A DNA stretch of 64,000 nucleotides from Myxococcales bacterium. Lineage in GTDB: Bacteria; Myxococcota_A; Polyangia; Polyangiales; Polyangiaceae. Position numbers and translations under genes: made by a program. The stretch spans positions 1 to 64,000 of the forward strand of contig JAYTOU010000016.1 of NCBI GenBank assembly GCA_043747615.1, given 5' to 3'. Every line of letters begins with the position of its first letter. Within the stretch, counting starts at the first letter, position 1. The notes beneath the pieces were generated by a model, which worked only from the letters and a program-made list of their open reading frames with translations, ran no database searches and was not told where the DNA came from. Of this stretch, positions 48,122-58,503 are shown piece by piece.

Positions 48122-49933
48122 CTATAGGAACGGATTCAGGTGTGGCTCGGCGTTGGGCGCTCGGACGCCCAGACGCACACGATGAACGACGGCGAGTGCG
48201 AGGAGACAGAACATCGCGAACGTGAGCGCGCTCACGAGAATCTGCATGGCGCGCGTCGGACTCCACGCGACCCAGCCGATGGTGAAGACCACCGCGCTCA
48301 CGGACAGAGGAATGATCCACCGCCAGCAAATGCTCATGCGGTCCGCGAGGCGCAGACGGGGGAGCGTTGCGCGGAGGGATAGCGCTGCGAGGATGAGGAG
48401 CCACGCCTTCAAGAGAAAGAGCGCGCTGCCCGCAATTTCGAGCCAAACATGCGCCTCTTGCTCGCCCGGAGCGAGCCCGGGCACTTGCCAGCCACCGAGA
48501 AATAGCGCTGCTGCCATGCCCGAGAGCACGGAGAGATGCGCCCACTCGAGCGCGAAGAGGAAGGCGCGATCGCGAAGAGGCGGGCCCTTGATCGATAGCT
48601 CGAGCGCAGGGAGAGGGCCTTCCGGCGGGTCGGCGTGCTCCGCCGCAAGCGTGGTGCTCATGAAAAGAAAGAAGAGAGCGAACAGAACCGGGTTGCGGAA
48701 GGCGTACCAGTCCCAGGGTGCGCCACCCTGGGCGCGAATGATTTCTTGAAGGCGCAGGGAGCCGGTCATCATCACGATACAGATGATGGCGAGGCCCGCC
48801 GGGAGCTCGGCGCTTAGGAGGTGTGCGGCAGCTTGAAAACCACGGCGGACGCGCGATCCGCGCTGGCCCGCAGTGAGCGCACGGATGGTCACCAAGGCGG
48901 CTACCATCACCACGAAGACCACCGCGACGTCGAGATCGGTCGTCAGAATCGAGGTACGGAAAGGGATGGCTACGAAGACGGCGCTGACTCCGGCTACGAG
49001 GAGTCGGCCGGGAAGATTTGCTCGAAGGGCTGACAAGAAGGGCGTTTTCGAGCTGCTCACGCCGAGTCGGAGCCCCACCCAACGAAGGACCTCGACGTAC
49101 GGCGAGACGAAGAGCGCGATAGCCAGAGCAACGCCGAAGAGGATGAGCGCGGCCGCGAACAGGTCGGTGGGACCATCGGGCTTGAAGCCATCGAGCCTCA
49201 CTTCGCGCAGATCCTCGCCAGGGAGCGCCGCTCCGAGGCGACGAATTCCCAAGGTCGCCACCGAGGCATGACCGGGTGGAACCGCGTCGCCGGGCGAGCT
49301 CACGCGCACGCCGTTGAACGAGGAGAGCACGTCACTCGGAAGAATTCCGGCTTGTGCGGCGGGAGATCTCGGATCGACGCTCTCGACGAGCAGACCTCCA
49401 GACCCCGGAACTTGCGCCGCGGGATGAATGCCCATGAAGAGAAGAGCCCGCTCGCCCTCCTTGCCGCGCGCTTCGAGGGCCGCGCTCTTGACGAGGGGCG
49501 GACGAAAATCGACGGACACGCGGTGGAGCGTGCTGCTGATGGGCGGCGCACCGTGGGCGAGCGCGGGGAAAGAGACCTCGACGTCCCCTTCGAAGGTGGT
49601 GTGCGAGGCGCGGTCCCCTGATCCACAGAACAGGGCCTCCATGGCCTCGGTGTAGGTGAGCTCGATGGACTGGGCGCTGGTAACCACGCCCTCGGCCTCG
49701 ATTTCAGCGCCGCTCAAAGACGGTTGTCCCGGTCGATGGAGCGCGCCTCGGAAGGCGACATGGGCCGTTTTTCCCTGGGGAAAACCGCTGCCGGCGATCT
49801 CGAGCATGTCCCCGACCTCGGCCTCGCGCGGGGCGAAATCGAGCACCTGAATGAGCTCGGGGGTGCTCTCACGCTGGCAGCCCAAACCTGCGAGAGTAAG
49901 CAGGACGAAGGCCAGAAAAGCGCGCATCTGCAT
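48122..49933 (-). CDS. NuoH-like membrane subunit fused to lipoprotein signal, IPT/TIG and PDZ domains
   Basis: C-terminal AAHLLSAELP, GSLRLQEIIRAQ...W, LFLGGW, LRATLPRLR...CWRWIIP (NuoH); N-terminal GLGC lipobox, APREAEVGDMLEIAGSGF (IPT), LLVESVDPRSPAAQAGILPSDVLSSFNG (PDZ). Confidence 0.85.
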   Translation of the reverse strand: MQMRAFLAFVLLTLAGLGCQRESTPELIQVLDFAPREAEVGDMLEIAGSGFPQGKTAHVAFRGALHRPGQPSLSGAEIEAEGVVTSAQSIELTYTEAMEALFCGSGDRASHTTFEGDVEVSFPALAHGAPPISSTLHRVSVDFRPPLVKSAALEARGKEGERALLFMGIHPAAQVPGSGGLLVESVDPRSPAAQAGILPSDVLSSFNGVRVSSPGDAVPPGHASVATLGIRRLGAALPGEDLREVRLDGFKPDGPTDLFAAALILFGVALAIALFVSPYVEVLRWVGLRLGVSSSKTPFLSALRANLPGRLLVAGVSAVFVAIPFRTSILTTDLDVAVVFVVMVAALVTIRALTAGQRGSRVRRGFQAAAHLLSAELPAGLAIICIVMMTGSLRLQEIIRAQGGAPWDWYAFRNPVLFALFFLFMSTTLAAEHADPPEGPLPALELSIKGPPLRDRAFLFALEWAHLSVLSGMAAALFLGGWQVPGLAPGEQEAHVWLEIAGSALFLLKAWLLILAALSLRATLPRLRLADRMSICWRWIIPLSVSAVVFTIGWVAWSPTRAMQILVSALTFAMFCLLALAVVHRVRLGVRAPNAEPHLNPFL

Positions 49934-50058
49934 GTCCTCTCTCTATAGAACGCTGCCATGCCACTGGTCGAAATCCTGACGAGAGATATCCCGCAGAGAC
50001 TTCCTGCACCGACAGCCCAGGCGCGCTAATCTACGTCGCATGCGAACTAGCGTTGGTT

Positions 50059-50360
50059 TCCAAGTTCTTCGCAGTCACCGGGCACGAGCATCAGCTCGGC
50101 ACCAAGGTCAGCATCGAGACGGCCGCCAGCAAAATGCCCCGGGCACGTCGATCTACGACATCCCCAACTGGAACTGGGCCGAGCCTACGACGGCCCGTAT
50201 GGCTCCTCCGATCAGCCTACCGGAGGGCGGGGGCTTTTTCTGGGCGTACTACTACCCGAGCCACGGCTCGAAGGTCTGCTTCCACAGCGACAAGGTGTCC
50301 GGCGGCATCAACGTCTGCTGCCCGGGGGATATCCTCTGCGGGCTCGTGAACAAGCCCTGA
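50059..50360 (+). pseudogene. Eroded remnant of a copper type II monooxygenase (PHM/DBH) C-terminal-like gene
   Basis: SKFFAVTGHEHQLGTKVSI (HxH), frameshift at AAAA 50131-50134, then NWNWAEPTT...PEGGGF directly joined to FWAYYYP; no 5' half. Confidence 0.6.
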
Positions 50361-50361
50361 C

Positions 50362-51474
50362 ATGTCGACCGTCTACGCGGTGATCATGGCAGGGGGTGCT
50401 GGAACTCGATTCTGGCCTGCTTCCCGAGCGGAAACTCCGAAGCAACTCTTGCCCCTCGGCGGAAATCCGAACGAGTCGCTGCTGGCTGCGACGGTACGCC
50501 GGCTCTCGCCGCTCATCGAGCCGCGTCACGTGTTCATCGCAACAGGAACGCGCCTCCAGGCAGCGACGGCGCTCGCAGTCCCGAGCGTCCCGCGCGCGCA
50601 GATCCTGGCTGAGCCCATTCCCCGAAACACGGCGCCATGCATCGGCTGGGCAACGGCTACGATCGCGCGCGTCGATCCGGAAGCGATCATCGCCGTGCTC
50701 CCTAGCGATCATTTCATCACCGACGAGGCCGGGTTTCGCACGACCGTGGCGGCAGCTCTCGAGGGCGCGTGCGCCGGATACCTGACTACGATCGGCGTCG
50801 TGCCCACCCGCGCGGAGACCGGCTACGGCTACATCGAGATCGGAAAAGAAGTAGACCCCCAGCCTGCGCAGCACCTGAGCGCGCTCAAGCTTCTGGCAGT
50901 GGAGCGCTTCGTCGAAAAGCCGAACGCAACGCTCGCCGAGGAGTACGTCCGCGGAAAAAAGCACCTGTGGAACGCGGGGATGTTTTTTTTCAAAGCGAGC
51001 GCGATGCTGCGCGCGATTGACGAGCATCTCCCCGAGCTCGGCGTCGGACTGAAGAAGCTCGATCGCGCGGCCAAGAAGGGAGAAGAAGAGGCGGAGCTCG
51101 CTGCGCTCTTTCCTTCCTTTCCGTCCATTTCGATCGATCACGGCGTCATGGAGAAGGCCTCCCGCTTGGCGGTCGTTCAAGGCGAATTTGGCTGGAATGA
51201 CGTCGGCAGCTGGCAGAGCGCGTGGGAGCTTGCACGGAAAACGGACGCCGGAAACGCTCTGAGCGATGGATCCATCGCGGTAGACGCGCGCGGAAATTTG
51301 GTTCGCGATCTCACCACAGGCGCGAAGAAAAAAGTGGTGGCGTTGGTAGGCGTGAACGATCTCGTCGTCGTGGAGACGGACGACGCAATCTTGATCATCC
51401 CACGCGATCGCGCGCAGGACGTTCGCGCAGTCGTGGACGAGCTACGGGCCCGCGGCGATCTCCACTTGGTCTAA
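50362..51474 (+). CDS. manC: Mannose-1-phosphate guanylyltransferase
   Basis: VIMAGGAGTRFWPASR..PKQ, EP..RNTAP, PSDH, TGYGYI, FVEKP, WNAGMF, SIDHGVMEK, WNDVGSW. Confidence 0.95.
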   Translation: MSTVYAVIMAGGAGTRFWPASRAETPKQLLPLGGNPNESLLAATVRRLSPLIEPRHVFIATGTRLQAATALAVPSVPRAQILAEPIPRNTAPCIGWATATIARVDPEAIIAVLPSDHFITDEAGFRTTVAAALEGACAGYLTTIGVVPTRAETGYGYIEIGKEVDPQPAQHLSALKLLAVERFVEKPNATLAEEYVRGKKHLWNAGMFFFKASAMLRAIDEHLPELGVGLKKLDRAAKKGEEEAELAALFPSFPSISIDHGVMEKASRLAVVQGEFGWNDVGSWQSAWELARKTDAGNALSDGSIAVDARGNLVRDLTTGAKKKVVALVGVNDLVVVETDDAILIIPRDRAQDVRAVVDELRARGDLHLV

Positions 51475-51483
51475 GAGCTTAGA

Positions 51484-53655
51484 TCAGGTTCGCCACTTGC
51501 GAGAGGCCTTCTTCGGAGCCGCAGCGGGCGATGCAGCCTGCTTGCCGCGAGGCGCCCCCGACGTTGCACGGGCACGCGTGGAGCTCCCGCGCTTCGTGGT
51601 GCCCGAGGGGGTCTTCTTTCGCTTTGCGCCATAAGGCTCGAACGCGTCCATGATGGCCGGGTTGCCCGACACGCCGGCGAGACCCTCCATCCGTTTCAGC
51701 TCGTCCCGGAGACGCGCCGCTTTTTCGAACTCGAGGTTCTCTGCCGCCTCGAACATCTCAAGGCGGACGGCCTGAATCTGCTCAGCGAGATCGACGTCGG
51801 GATCTGCTCCGTCAGCGCGCGGCTTTTTGGGGACGTTGAAGTAGTCGATGGTCCCTGCGGCCGGGTTGATGTTCATCACGGCGCGCACGATCGTCGTCGG
51901 AATGATGCCGTGCTTTTCGTTGTACGCCTCTTGGAGCGCGCGCCGCCGCGTCGTCTCCTCGATCGCGTACTTCATCGCTGCGGTCTCGTGATCGGCGTAC
52001 ATGATGACCCGCCCGTTCACATTCCGCGCAGCTCGTCCCATGGTCTGGATGAGCGAACGCGGACTGCGCAGAAAGCCCTCCTTGTCGGCATCGAAGATCG
52101 CCACGAGTGAGACTTCGGGGAGATCGAGCCCCTCGCGCAGGAGGTTGATGCCCACGAGAACGTCGAACTCCCCCATTCGTAAATCGCGCAAAATTTCGAT
52201 GCGATCGAGAGTCTCCACGTCGGAGTGCAAGTAGCGAATGCGCACCCCGAGCTCTCGGTAGTAGTCGGTGAGGTCCTCCGCCATCCGCTTGGTGAGGGTG
52301 GTGCAAAGAACGCGTTCGTTCTTCTTCACCCGATCGCGTATCTCCGCGAGAAGGTCGTCGACCTGCCCGGAAACCGGCCGCACTTCGATCTGTGGCTCGG
52401 TCAGCCCGGTGGGCCGAATGAGCTGCTGGACCACCACGCCGCCCGTCTTCGTGAGCTCGTACTCACCTGGGGTCGCCGACACGTAAATGCACTGCCGCAC
52501 CCGCGCTTCGAACTCTTCGAACTTCAGGGGGCGATTGTCGAGCGCGCTCGGAAGGCGGAAGCCGTACTCCACGAGCGTCTCTTTTCGGGCGCGATCTCCG
52601 CGGTACATGGCGCCGACCTGGGAGACCGATTGGTGCGATTCATCGATGATCATCAAGAAATCGTCCGGGAAATAATCGAGCAGCGTGGGCGGCGGGTCCC
52701 CGGGGTTTCGCCCCGAGAGGTGGCGCGAATAGTTTTCGATGCCGTTGCAAAAGCCCATCTGCTCGATCATTTCGATGTCGTACTGGGTTCGCTGCTCGAG
52801 CCTCTGTTTCTCGAGGAAGCGTCCCTCCTTGTCGAAGAAGGCTAGGCGCTCCTGCAGCTCCTCGCGGATCGTGCCGATGGCGCGGCGCATCTGCTCCTGC
52901 GGCGTGACGTAGTGCGAGCCGGGGTAAATCGCGTAGCGCTCGAGCGTGCCTTTGAGCTTTCCCCGAAGCGGATCCACCTCTTTGATGGCCTCGATCACGT
53001 CTCCGAAAAATTCGATCCGGATCGCCGTCTCTTGCTCGTAGGCCGGGAACACTTCGACGATGTCGCCGCGCACTCGAAACGTTCCACGATGGAAGTCGAG
53101 ATCGTTTCGTTCGTACTGAATGTCGACCAGCATGCGGAGGAGATTGTCGCGGCGGAATTCCTCCCCGACCTTCAGGTCGATCAAGAGGCCGTGGTAGCTC
53201 TCGGCGCTGCCGATACCGTAGATGCAGCTCACAGAGGCCACGATGATCACGTCGCGCCGCGAGAGCAGTGAGTGCGTCGCCGCATGCCGCATTCGATCGA
53301 TGGCGTCGTTGACGATCGAGTCTTTGTCGATATACGTGTCGCTCGAGGGGACGTACGCCTCGGGCTGGTAGTAGTCGTAGTAGCTGACGAAATACTGCAC
53401 GCCGCAGCTCGGAAAGAGCTCCTTCATCTCGCCGTAAAGCTGCGCAGCGAGCGTCTTGTTCGGGGCGAGGATCAGCGTCGGTTTTTGCGACGCTTGGATG
53501 ACGTTGGCGATCGTGAACGTCTTTCCCGATCCGGTGATCCCCAGGAGAACTTGGTACCGCTCTCCGCGTGCGAGCCCCTCGGTCAGTTCCTTGATGGCCT
53601 GGGGCTGATCCCCCTTCGGTTCGAAGACGGTCGAGAGCTGGAAGTCGGGCGGCAT
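51484..53655 (-). CDS. uvrB: Excinuclease ABC subunit B
   Basis: [58 protein letters not shown]. Confidence 0.99.
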   Translation of the reverse strand: MPPDFQLSTVFEPKGDQPQAIKELTEGLARGERYQVLLGITGSGKTFTIANVIQASQKPTLILAPNKTLAAQLYGEMKELFPSCGVQYFVSYYDYYQPEAYVPSSDTYIDKDSIVNDAIDRMRHAATHSLLSRRDVIIVASVSCIYGIGSAESYHGLLIDLKVGEEFRRDNLLRMLVDIQYERNDLDFHRGTFRVRGDIVEVFPAYEQETAIRIEFFGDVIEAIKEVDPLRGKLKGTLERYAIYPGSHYVTPQEQMRRAIGTIREELQERLAFFDKEGRFLEKQRLEQRTQYDIEMIEQMGFCNGIENYSRHLSGRNPGDPPPTLLDYFPDDFLMIIDESHQSVSQVGAMYRGDRARKETLVEYGFRLPSALDNRPLKFEEFEARVRQCIYVSATPGEYELTKTGGVVVQQLIRPTGLTEPQIEVRPVSGQVDDLLAEIRDRVKKNERVLCTTLTKRMAEDLTDYYRELGVRIRYLHSDVETLDRIEILRDLRMGEFDVLVGINLLREGLDLPEVSLVAIFDADKEGFLRSPRSLIQTMGRAARNVNGRVIMYADHETAAMKYAIEETTRRRALQEAYNEKHGIIPTTIVRAVMNINPAAGTIDYFNVPKKPRADGADPDVDLAEQIQAVRLEMFEAAENLEFEKAARLRDELKRMEGLAGVSGNPAIMDAFEPYGAKRKKTPSGTTKRGSSTRARATSGAPRGKQAASPAAAPKKASRKWRT

Positions 53656-53714
53656 TGGCACTTCATCTTTCTCACGGTTTTGCGCGAGCGCAAGTGTGCT
53701 AATTTGCCGAGTCA

Positions 53715-54668
53715 GTGCCGGACAATCCTTCTTCGCCGCCTCTTCCGTCGATGGTTCCGCCGCCATCTGTACCGCCCCCGCCGAGCCGCGCTCCGGCTGC
53801 ACTTTTTCCCGTCGCGTTCCTCGGGATGGGAAGCATGGGCGCGCCGATGGCGGCCAACATCGCCCGGAAGGGGTTCACGCTTTCGGTGTGGAATCGGTCG
53901 CACGAACGAGCCTCCGCGCTCGTGACCCTCGGCGCGAAGCCTAAATCCACGCCGCGTGAATGCGTGCAGGGTGCACGGGTCATCGTCACCATGCTGAGCG
54001 ACGAAAAAGCGCTGTTCGACGTTCTCCTGGGCGACGACGGTGTGCTCGTCGGAGCCGAGAGGGATGCGGTCATCGTCGACATGTCGACCGTCGGGCGCGC
54101 TGCTGCCCTGAAGGCTGCGCACTTGGCCAAGGACGCGGGGCTACGGTTCGTCGACGCTCCGGTAAGCGGCTCGACGGGCCCGGCGGAAAAAGGGGAGCTC
54201 GTCGCGCTGGTCGGTGGCCGGTTGAACGACGTCACCCGCGCACAACCGGTGATCCTCGCCATGTGCAAGCGAATCATCCACGCCGGAGATGTCGGGCAGG
54301 GGCAAGCGCTGAAGGTGGTCGTCAACGGGATCGGCGCCCATCACCTCGTAGCGTTCACCAGCATGCTCGTCCTTGGTGAGCGCGCGGGCATTGCGCGACG
54401 CACACTCGTAGAAGCTTTCACCACGGGTGCCTTTGCATCACCGAGCTACATCGGCAAAAAAGAAAAGGTGATGGCGAAGGATTTTTCGCCGCAGTTCAGC
54501 CTCGATCTCACTCTGAAGGACATGCGCCTCAACGCAGAGCTCCAGGAGGAGGTGGGCCTCCCCCTCCCCGTTCACCGTGAAATTAATCGAGCGATCGAGA
54601 AAGCAGTCGAGGACGGCCTCGGCGAAGAAGATCTCTTCGCGCTCGAAAAGTACTACCGCTCCCTCTGA
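53715..54668 (+). CDS. NAD(P)-dependent oxidoreductase, 3-hydroxyisobutyrate dehydrogenase family
   Basis: [30 protein letters not shown]. Confidence 0.92.
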   Translation: MPDNPSSPPLPSMVPPPSVPPPPSRAPAALFPVAFLGMGSMGAPMAANIARKGFTLSVWNRSHERASALVTLGAKPKSTPRECVQGARVIVTMLSDEKALFDVLLGDDGVLVGAERDAVIVDMSTVGRAAALKAAHLAKDAGLRFVDAPVSGSTGPAEKGELVALVGGRLNDVTRAQPVILAMCKRIIHAGDVGQGQALKVVVNGIGAHHLVAFTSMLVLGERAGIARRTLVEAFTTGAFASPSYIGKKEKVMAKDFSPQFSLDLTLKDMRLNAELQEEVGLPLPVHREINRAIEKAVEDGLGEEDLFALEKYYRSL

Positions 54669-54687
54669 CCTGGCTCCCGAGGGGCAC

Positions 54688-55845
54688 CTAGTCGGGTTCG
54701 GTGCGCGCGACGAGCGACGGGCTTCCGCTGAACACGATGGCGTCGAGGAGAGCTGCGTCGTCCTCCACGAGCGCGAGCGCCGGGTGATCCCGCTCGATGG
54801 CGATGCGGGCGCCTGCATCCGGGAAGCCGCAGGCATTGGCTCCAAAGATCGAACCTTCGCGCCAGAGCCGCGACGCCGGCGTTTCTTCTGCGGTCTCAAA
54901 GGTGACCCGAGTGCGCGTACGGAGGCGCTCGTGCGTCTCGAGCGAGCGGAGGTCGTCGATGGGGTCGGTGATGACATGGCTGTCGATTCCCGTGCACAGC
55001 CGCACGTCGTTTGCGCGGAGCGACCCGATGTCCGGAAGGCCGTCGCCGAGATCGCGCTCCGTCGTTGCACAGATGCAGGCGAAGCCCCTTGATCTTCCGA
55101 GGAGCGCAGCCTCATGCGGCTCGAGGTGAGTCGCGTGCACGGCGGCGAACCGCGGCGACAGAACGCCAAGATCAGCGAGCAGCTCCAAGGGGCGACGCGA
55201 CGTTTCCGCGAGGCACTCGTCCACCTCGCGCGCTTGCTCCGCGACGTGCATGTGAAACGGGAGCAGATGCTCCTCGGCGTAGGCCGCGAGTGGCCCCAGC
55301 CAGCTCGGCGGAACGGCACGAACGGAATGGGGCGCGACGCCGATCCGCACGTTGGGATCGTCTTTGTAGAGTGCACGCAATTGCTCGACGTCCCGCACCA
55401 CGTCGTCCAGGGAGGGATCGCAAAACCTCCGCTGACCTTCTTCAGCGGGGCGTCCGGGGCCCGCGCGATGGTAGGCGACGCGCAGAAGGCAAATGCGCAA
55501 ACCCTCTTCTTTTGCTGCTTGAATCACGGTTTGAGCGAGCAGCGTGCGGTCGTCGTAGGGAGTGCCGTTCGCCTGATGCTGGATGTAATGAAACTCTCCG
55601 ACGGTGTGCACGCCAGCGCGCGCGAGCTCCCGAAAAGCGACCCTGCTGTAGCGCGCAATCGATTCGGGCGTGAGTGACGTCGCCAGACGGTACATCTGCC
55701 CGCGCCACGTCCAGAAGTCGTCTCGGCTCGTGCCCTTGCGCTGGGAGGTGCCGCGCATGGCCCGCTGAAAGGCGTGGGAATGAGCGGTGGTCAGCGCCGG
55801 AAGCCGGATCGTGCGACGATCGCCCGAGAGCTCGATGAGGCTCAT
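54688..55845 (-). CDS. hutF: Formimidoylglutamate deiminase
   Basis: HSHAFQRAMRG, DFWTWR, VGEFHY, APHSVRA, HMHVAEQ, TTERDLGDG, GIDS. Confidence 0.9.
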   Translation of the reverse strand: MSLIELSGDRRTIRLPALTTAHSHAFQRAMRGTSQRKGTSRDDFWTWRGQMYRLATSLTPESIARYSRVAFRELARAGVHTVGEFHYIQHQANGTPYDDRTLLAQTVIQAAKEEGLRICLLRVAYHRAGPGRPAEEGQRRFCDPSLDDVVRDVEQLRALYKDDPNVRIGVAPHSVRAVPPSWLGPLAAYAEEHLLPFHMHVAEQAREVDECLAETSRRPLELLADLGVLSPRFAAVHATHLEPHEAALLGRSRGFACICATTERDLGDGLPDIGSLRANDVRLCTGIDSHVITDPIDDLRSLETHERLRTRTRVTFETAEETPASRLWREGSIFGANACGFPDAGARIAIERDHPALALVEDDAALLDAIVFSGSPSLVARTEPD

Positions 55846-55847
55846 TT

Positions 55848-56396
55848 TTACTGGCGCATCTCGCGGGCGCTTTGCTTCGTGACGTAGAACTGGCGCGGCC
55901 AGTGGCGGTAGTACGTGGTGCGGAGGACAGGCCCGCCGTCGTTGGGATCGAGATCGTCTGCGAACTTTCCGACCAGACGGACGAGCGAGCCTCCGCCGAC
56001 GGACTCGGCCCCCACGTCGTCCTCGGGGCGGAGGGAGACGAGCGCGTGCACGGTTCCGAAGTCGCGATCGCTCACCGTGACCCGGCAGGAGTCTTCGTCG
56101 TTTCCGTTGTCGCAGAGGTTGCGCGGCTCGAGGCGCCTCACGCTCATCGTCAGGTAGGCGCCGCCGTTCGCACCCGGCGTGCGATTGATCACGACACCGA
56201 AGAGGAACGTGGGGCTGCGGCGCCAATCTTCGGGCTGACGCGAAATCATGATCGGGTCGTATTCGCGCACGCCGGCGGCGGCCGTCTCCTCGTCACCGAG
56301 AGGTATGTAGCGCGGAGCGTGACCGTACGGGCCGGCGCCCGCGCATCCGAGAACGAGGGCCAGCGCCGCAGACACCGCCAAATTCAGCGTTTTCAT
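55848..56396 (-). CDS. Hypothetical lipoprotein (possibly OB-fold/Slp-like)
   Basis: Lipobox VLGC; FGVV...GSLVRLVG...PVL....YRHWP; 2 nt upstream of hutF. Confidence 0.7.
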   Translation of the reverse strand: MKTLNLAVSAALALVLGCAGAGPYGHAPRYIPLGDEETAAAGVREYDPIMISRQPEDWRRSPTFLFGVVINRTPGANGGAYLTMSVRRLEPRNLCDNGNDEDSCRVTVSDRDFGTVHALVSLRPEDDVGAESVGGGSLVRLVGKFADDLDPNDGGPVLRTTYYRHWPRQFYVTKQSAREMRQ

Positions 56397-56444
56397 CTGA
56401 CGGGCATCAAAGCGAAAAGCGAGAAGCCTCGCAAGCCCTGCTTT

Positions 56445-58463
56445 TCAGGCTGCGCTGGCTCGAAGACGGAGGGCCATCTCCACTGCCATCAGGCCGAGGA
56501 GAAAGAGGGCCACGGCCCACGAGATGTCGACCGACGCGTGGGTGTCTCCCAGCCCTTGACCGTGCGAGCTCTTGCCGATCGCGCGCGAACGGAGATCGAG
56601 CTCGCGGACCGCGGGAGCCGCGACGTGTAGCTCGGTTTTGTTCCCCTCGAACTTCACCCGGTACGTGCCGATGACCGGCGGTGTCGCGCGGAGCGTTTGA
56701 TCGTCGCGGGCGACCTCGATCGGCCCCGACGGCCCGTCTACGGATACGGCCCGCGCGCTCGGAAGATTCCACGACACGCCCACGTCGCCTCGACGCGGGG
56801 CGGCACGCAGGCGCGCTTTTTCCGTCCAGGCATCGAGGAGCGAAAGGAATCCCGGCCGCAGCGTGAGGTCGCTCGTCTCGACCGCGAAGGGGAGCGTCAC
56901 CACCCAGATTTCTCCGCGACCGAGGGCACGCCTGGCGACCATCGGCGCTCCGTCCTGCCACGCGAGCAGCGATTCGAACTCGCGCGCATCATCCGGAGCA
57001 AGCGTTGCCCGATGCGATGCCCCCAGATCGACGAGGCTTGTGACGCCTTCGACGAGTGCGGCGCGTGCGCTCGCGGCATCGGCACCAGGAGACGTGTTCG
57101 CCGCCCAACCGACGCCGTGCGTGAGGGCGGGCTCGAACGACGCACCGAGCGGAGCGGCGGCCGCGCGCGGACCGAGCGCAAGCAGAGCGACTTTTCCATC
57201 GGCAATGAACGCCGCGAGCGCATGGCGTTGTTCTGGCGTAAATCCCGGGGGATCGTCGACGATGATGCCGACGAAGGAGCTTAAGTCCTCCGCGCGATCA
57301 GGGAGCACGGGGAGCGGTCGCACCGCGATGTCGAGCTTGAGCGCCGCTAGCGCTTGCTCCACGACAGGAGCTCCACCCGTTGCCGCGCCTTCGTCCGCCG
57401 TGTCGGCAACGACTGCAACCGCGCCGGGGCCAGCCTCCGCCATCACCGGCGCCGTGTCGTCGGAAGCGATGGCGTCGCTTCCGGTGAGCTTCACGATCAG
57501 CGCGCCGCGTTCTTCGACCTGAGCGTTGGGATCGCCGCCGATCGTGAGCGTGGCCTCGCCGCGAAATGCTCCGCCTGACGAAGGTCCGGCGGGCGCTGCG
57601 ACTTTGGCGACCACAGTCTCGCCATCCATCAGCACGATTTCGCGGCCGGCGGCGCTCGCTTCATGGCTGCACGCGATTCGCACCTTTACCCGACCGCCCA
57701 CGCGATCGGCGCTGAGCACGCCGCAATCGACGGCACCAGGCGCGCTCAATTCGGGAAGCGCCACCCACACCGGAAGGCTGCCCTCTTCGCCAATCGCGGG
57801 AGCGTCAGGCTGCCCGTCGGCGAGATCGCTGAGGACGACGACACGGCGATCGACCTGCGGGAGCTGACTGACGAGCGCCCTGGCGATGGTGATCGCGCCG
57901 TCGAGATCGGTCGCGCGATCGCTCTCCTTCAGGCTGTCGAGGGCTGCACGTGCCGCGCCGAGATCGGTCGTCGCCGCGAGGGCCACGCGGGCGGGAGCTC
58001 CGGCGAGAACGAGCGCCACGGCATCGCCTTCCCGGGCGGAGGTCATGAGCTCGCGCGCCCCTTCTCGGGCGACTTCGAAGCGCGTCCGGCGATCGAGACG
58101 CTTTGCGCCGAGCAAGCCGTCTTTGGCATCTGGATCGATCATGGCGCGCATGCTCATCGAATCATCGACCACGATGGCCATGGCCACCGAGGCGCCCGAC
58201 GAGCGCTGCAGCGAGAGGCGCGAGCAACGCACGAGTGGCGACGCCCCGAGAACGGCGAGCGCCAACACGGCGAGGCCACGCGTCCCGAACAGAGCGACGT
58301 CCTCGAGTTGCGCACGGCGGCGAGCACGCGGGGGAGCAGGCGGAACGAGGTGCGCGGCGGCAAACGGACGATCGTCGGCCCGGCGACGCCGCAGGCGATG
58401 CGCGAAGTAAGGCACTGCCACCAAAAATCCGACGGCAAGCGCGAGCGCGGTAACGAAGCTCAC
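56445..58463 (-). CDS. BatA-domain + vWA protein
   Basis: N-terminal BatA-like F......VP...H..RRR....F; MIDAS DDSMS, TD, VVLSD; C-terminal TM with E. Confidence 0.85.
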   Translation of the reverse strand: MSFVTALALAVGFLVAVPYFAHRLRRRRADDRPFAAAHLVPPAPPRARRRAQLEDVALFGTRGLAVLALAVLGASPLVRCSRLSLQRSSGASVAMAIVVDDSMSMRAMIDPDAKDGLLGAKRLDRRTRFEVAREGARELMTSAREGDAVALVLAGAPARVALAATTDLGAARAALDSLKESDRATDLDGAITIARALVSQLPQVDRRVVVLSDLADGQPDAPAIGEEGSLPVWVALPELSAPGAVDCGVLSADRVGGRVKVRIACSHEASAAGREIVLMDGETVVAKVAAPAGPSSGGAFRGEATLTIGGDPNAQVEERGALIVKLTGSDAIASDDTAPVMAEAGPGAVAVVADTADEGAATGGAPVVEQALAALKLDIAVRPLPVLPDRAEDLSSFVGIIVDDPPGFTPEQRHALAAFIADGKVALLALGPRAAAAPLGASFEPALTHGVGWAANTSPGADAASARAALVEGVTSLVDLGASHRATLAPDDAREFESLLAWQDGAPMVARRALGRGEIWVVTLPFAVETSDLTLRPGFLSLLDAWTEKARLRAAPRRGDVGVSWNLPSARAVSVDGPSGPIEVARDDQTLRATPPVIGTYRVKFEGNKTELHVAAPAVRELDLRSRAIGKSSHGQGLGDTHASVDISWAVALFLLGLMAVEMALRLRASAA

Positions 58464-58503
58464 GACAGACGAGCTAGCACGGTGAGCGGCTTCGGGTCAT
58501 GAT

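Noticed and set aside
43016..49933. Calling these genes the canonical nuoH, nuoL, nuoM, or an Mrp / hydrogenase-4 / DAB operon
   Set aside because: Partner subunits are absent and key residues are substituted, so gene symbols were withheld
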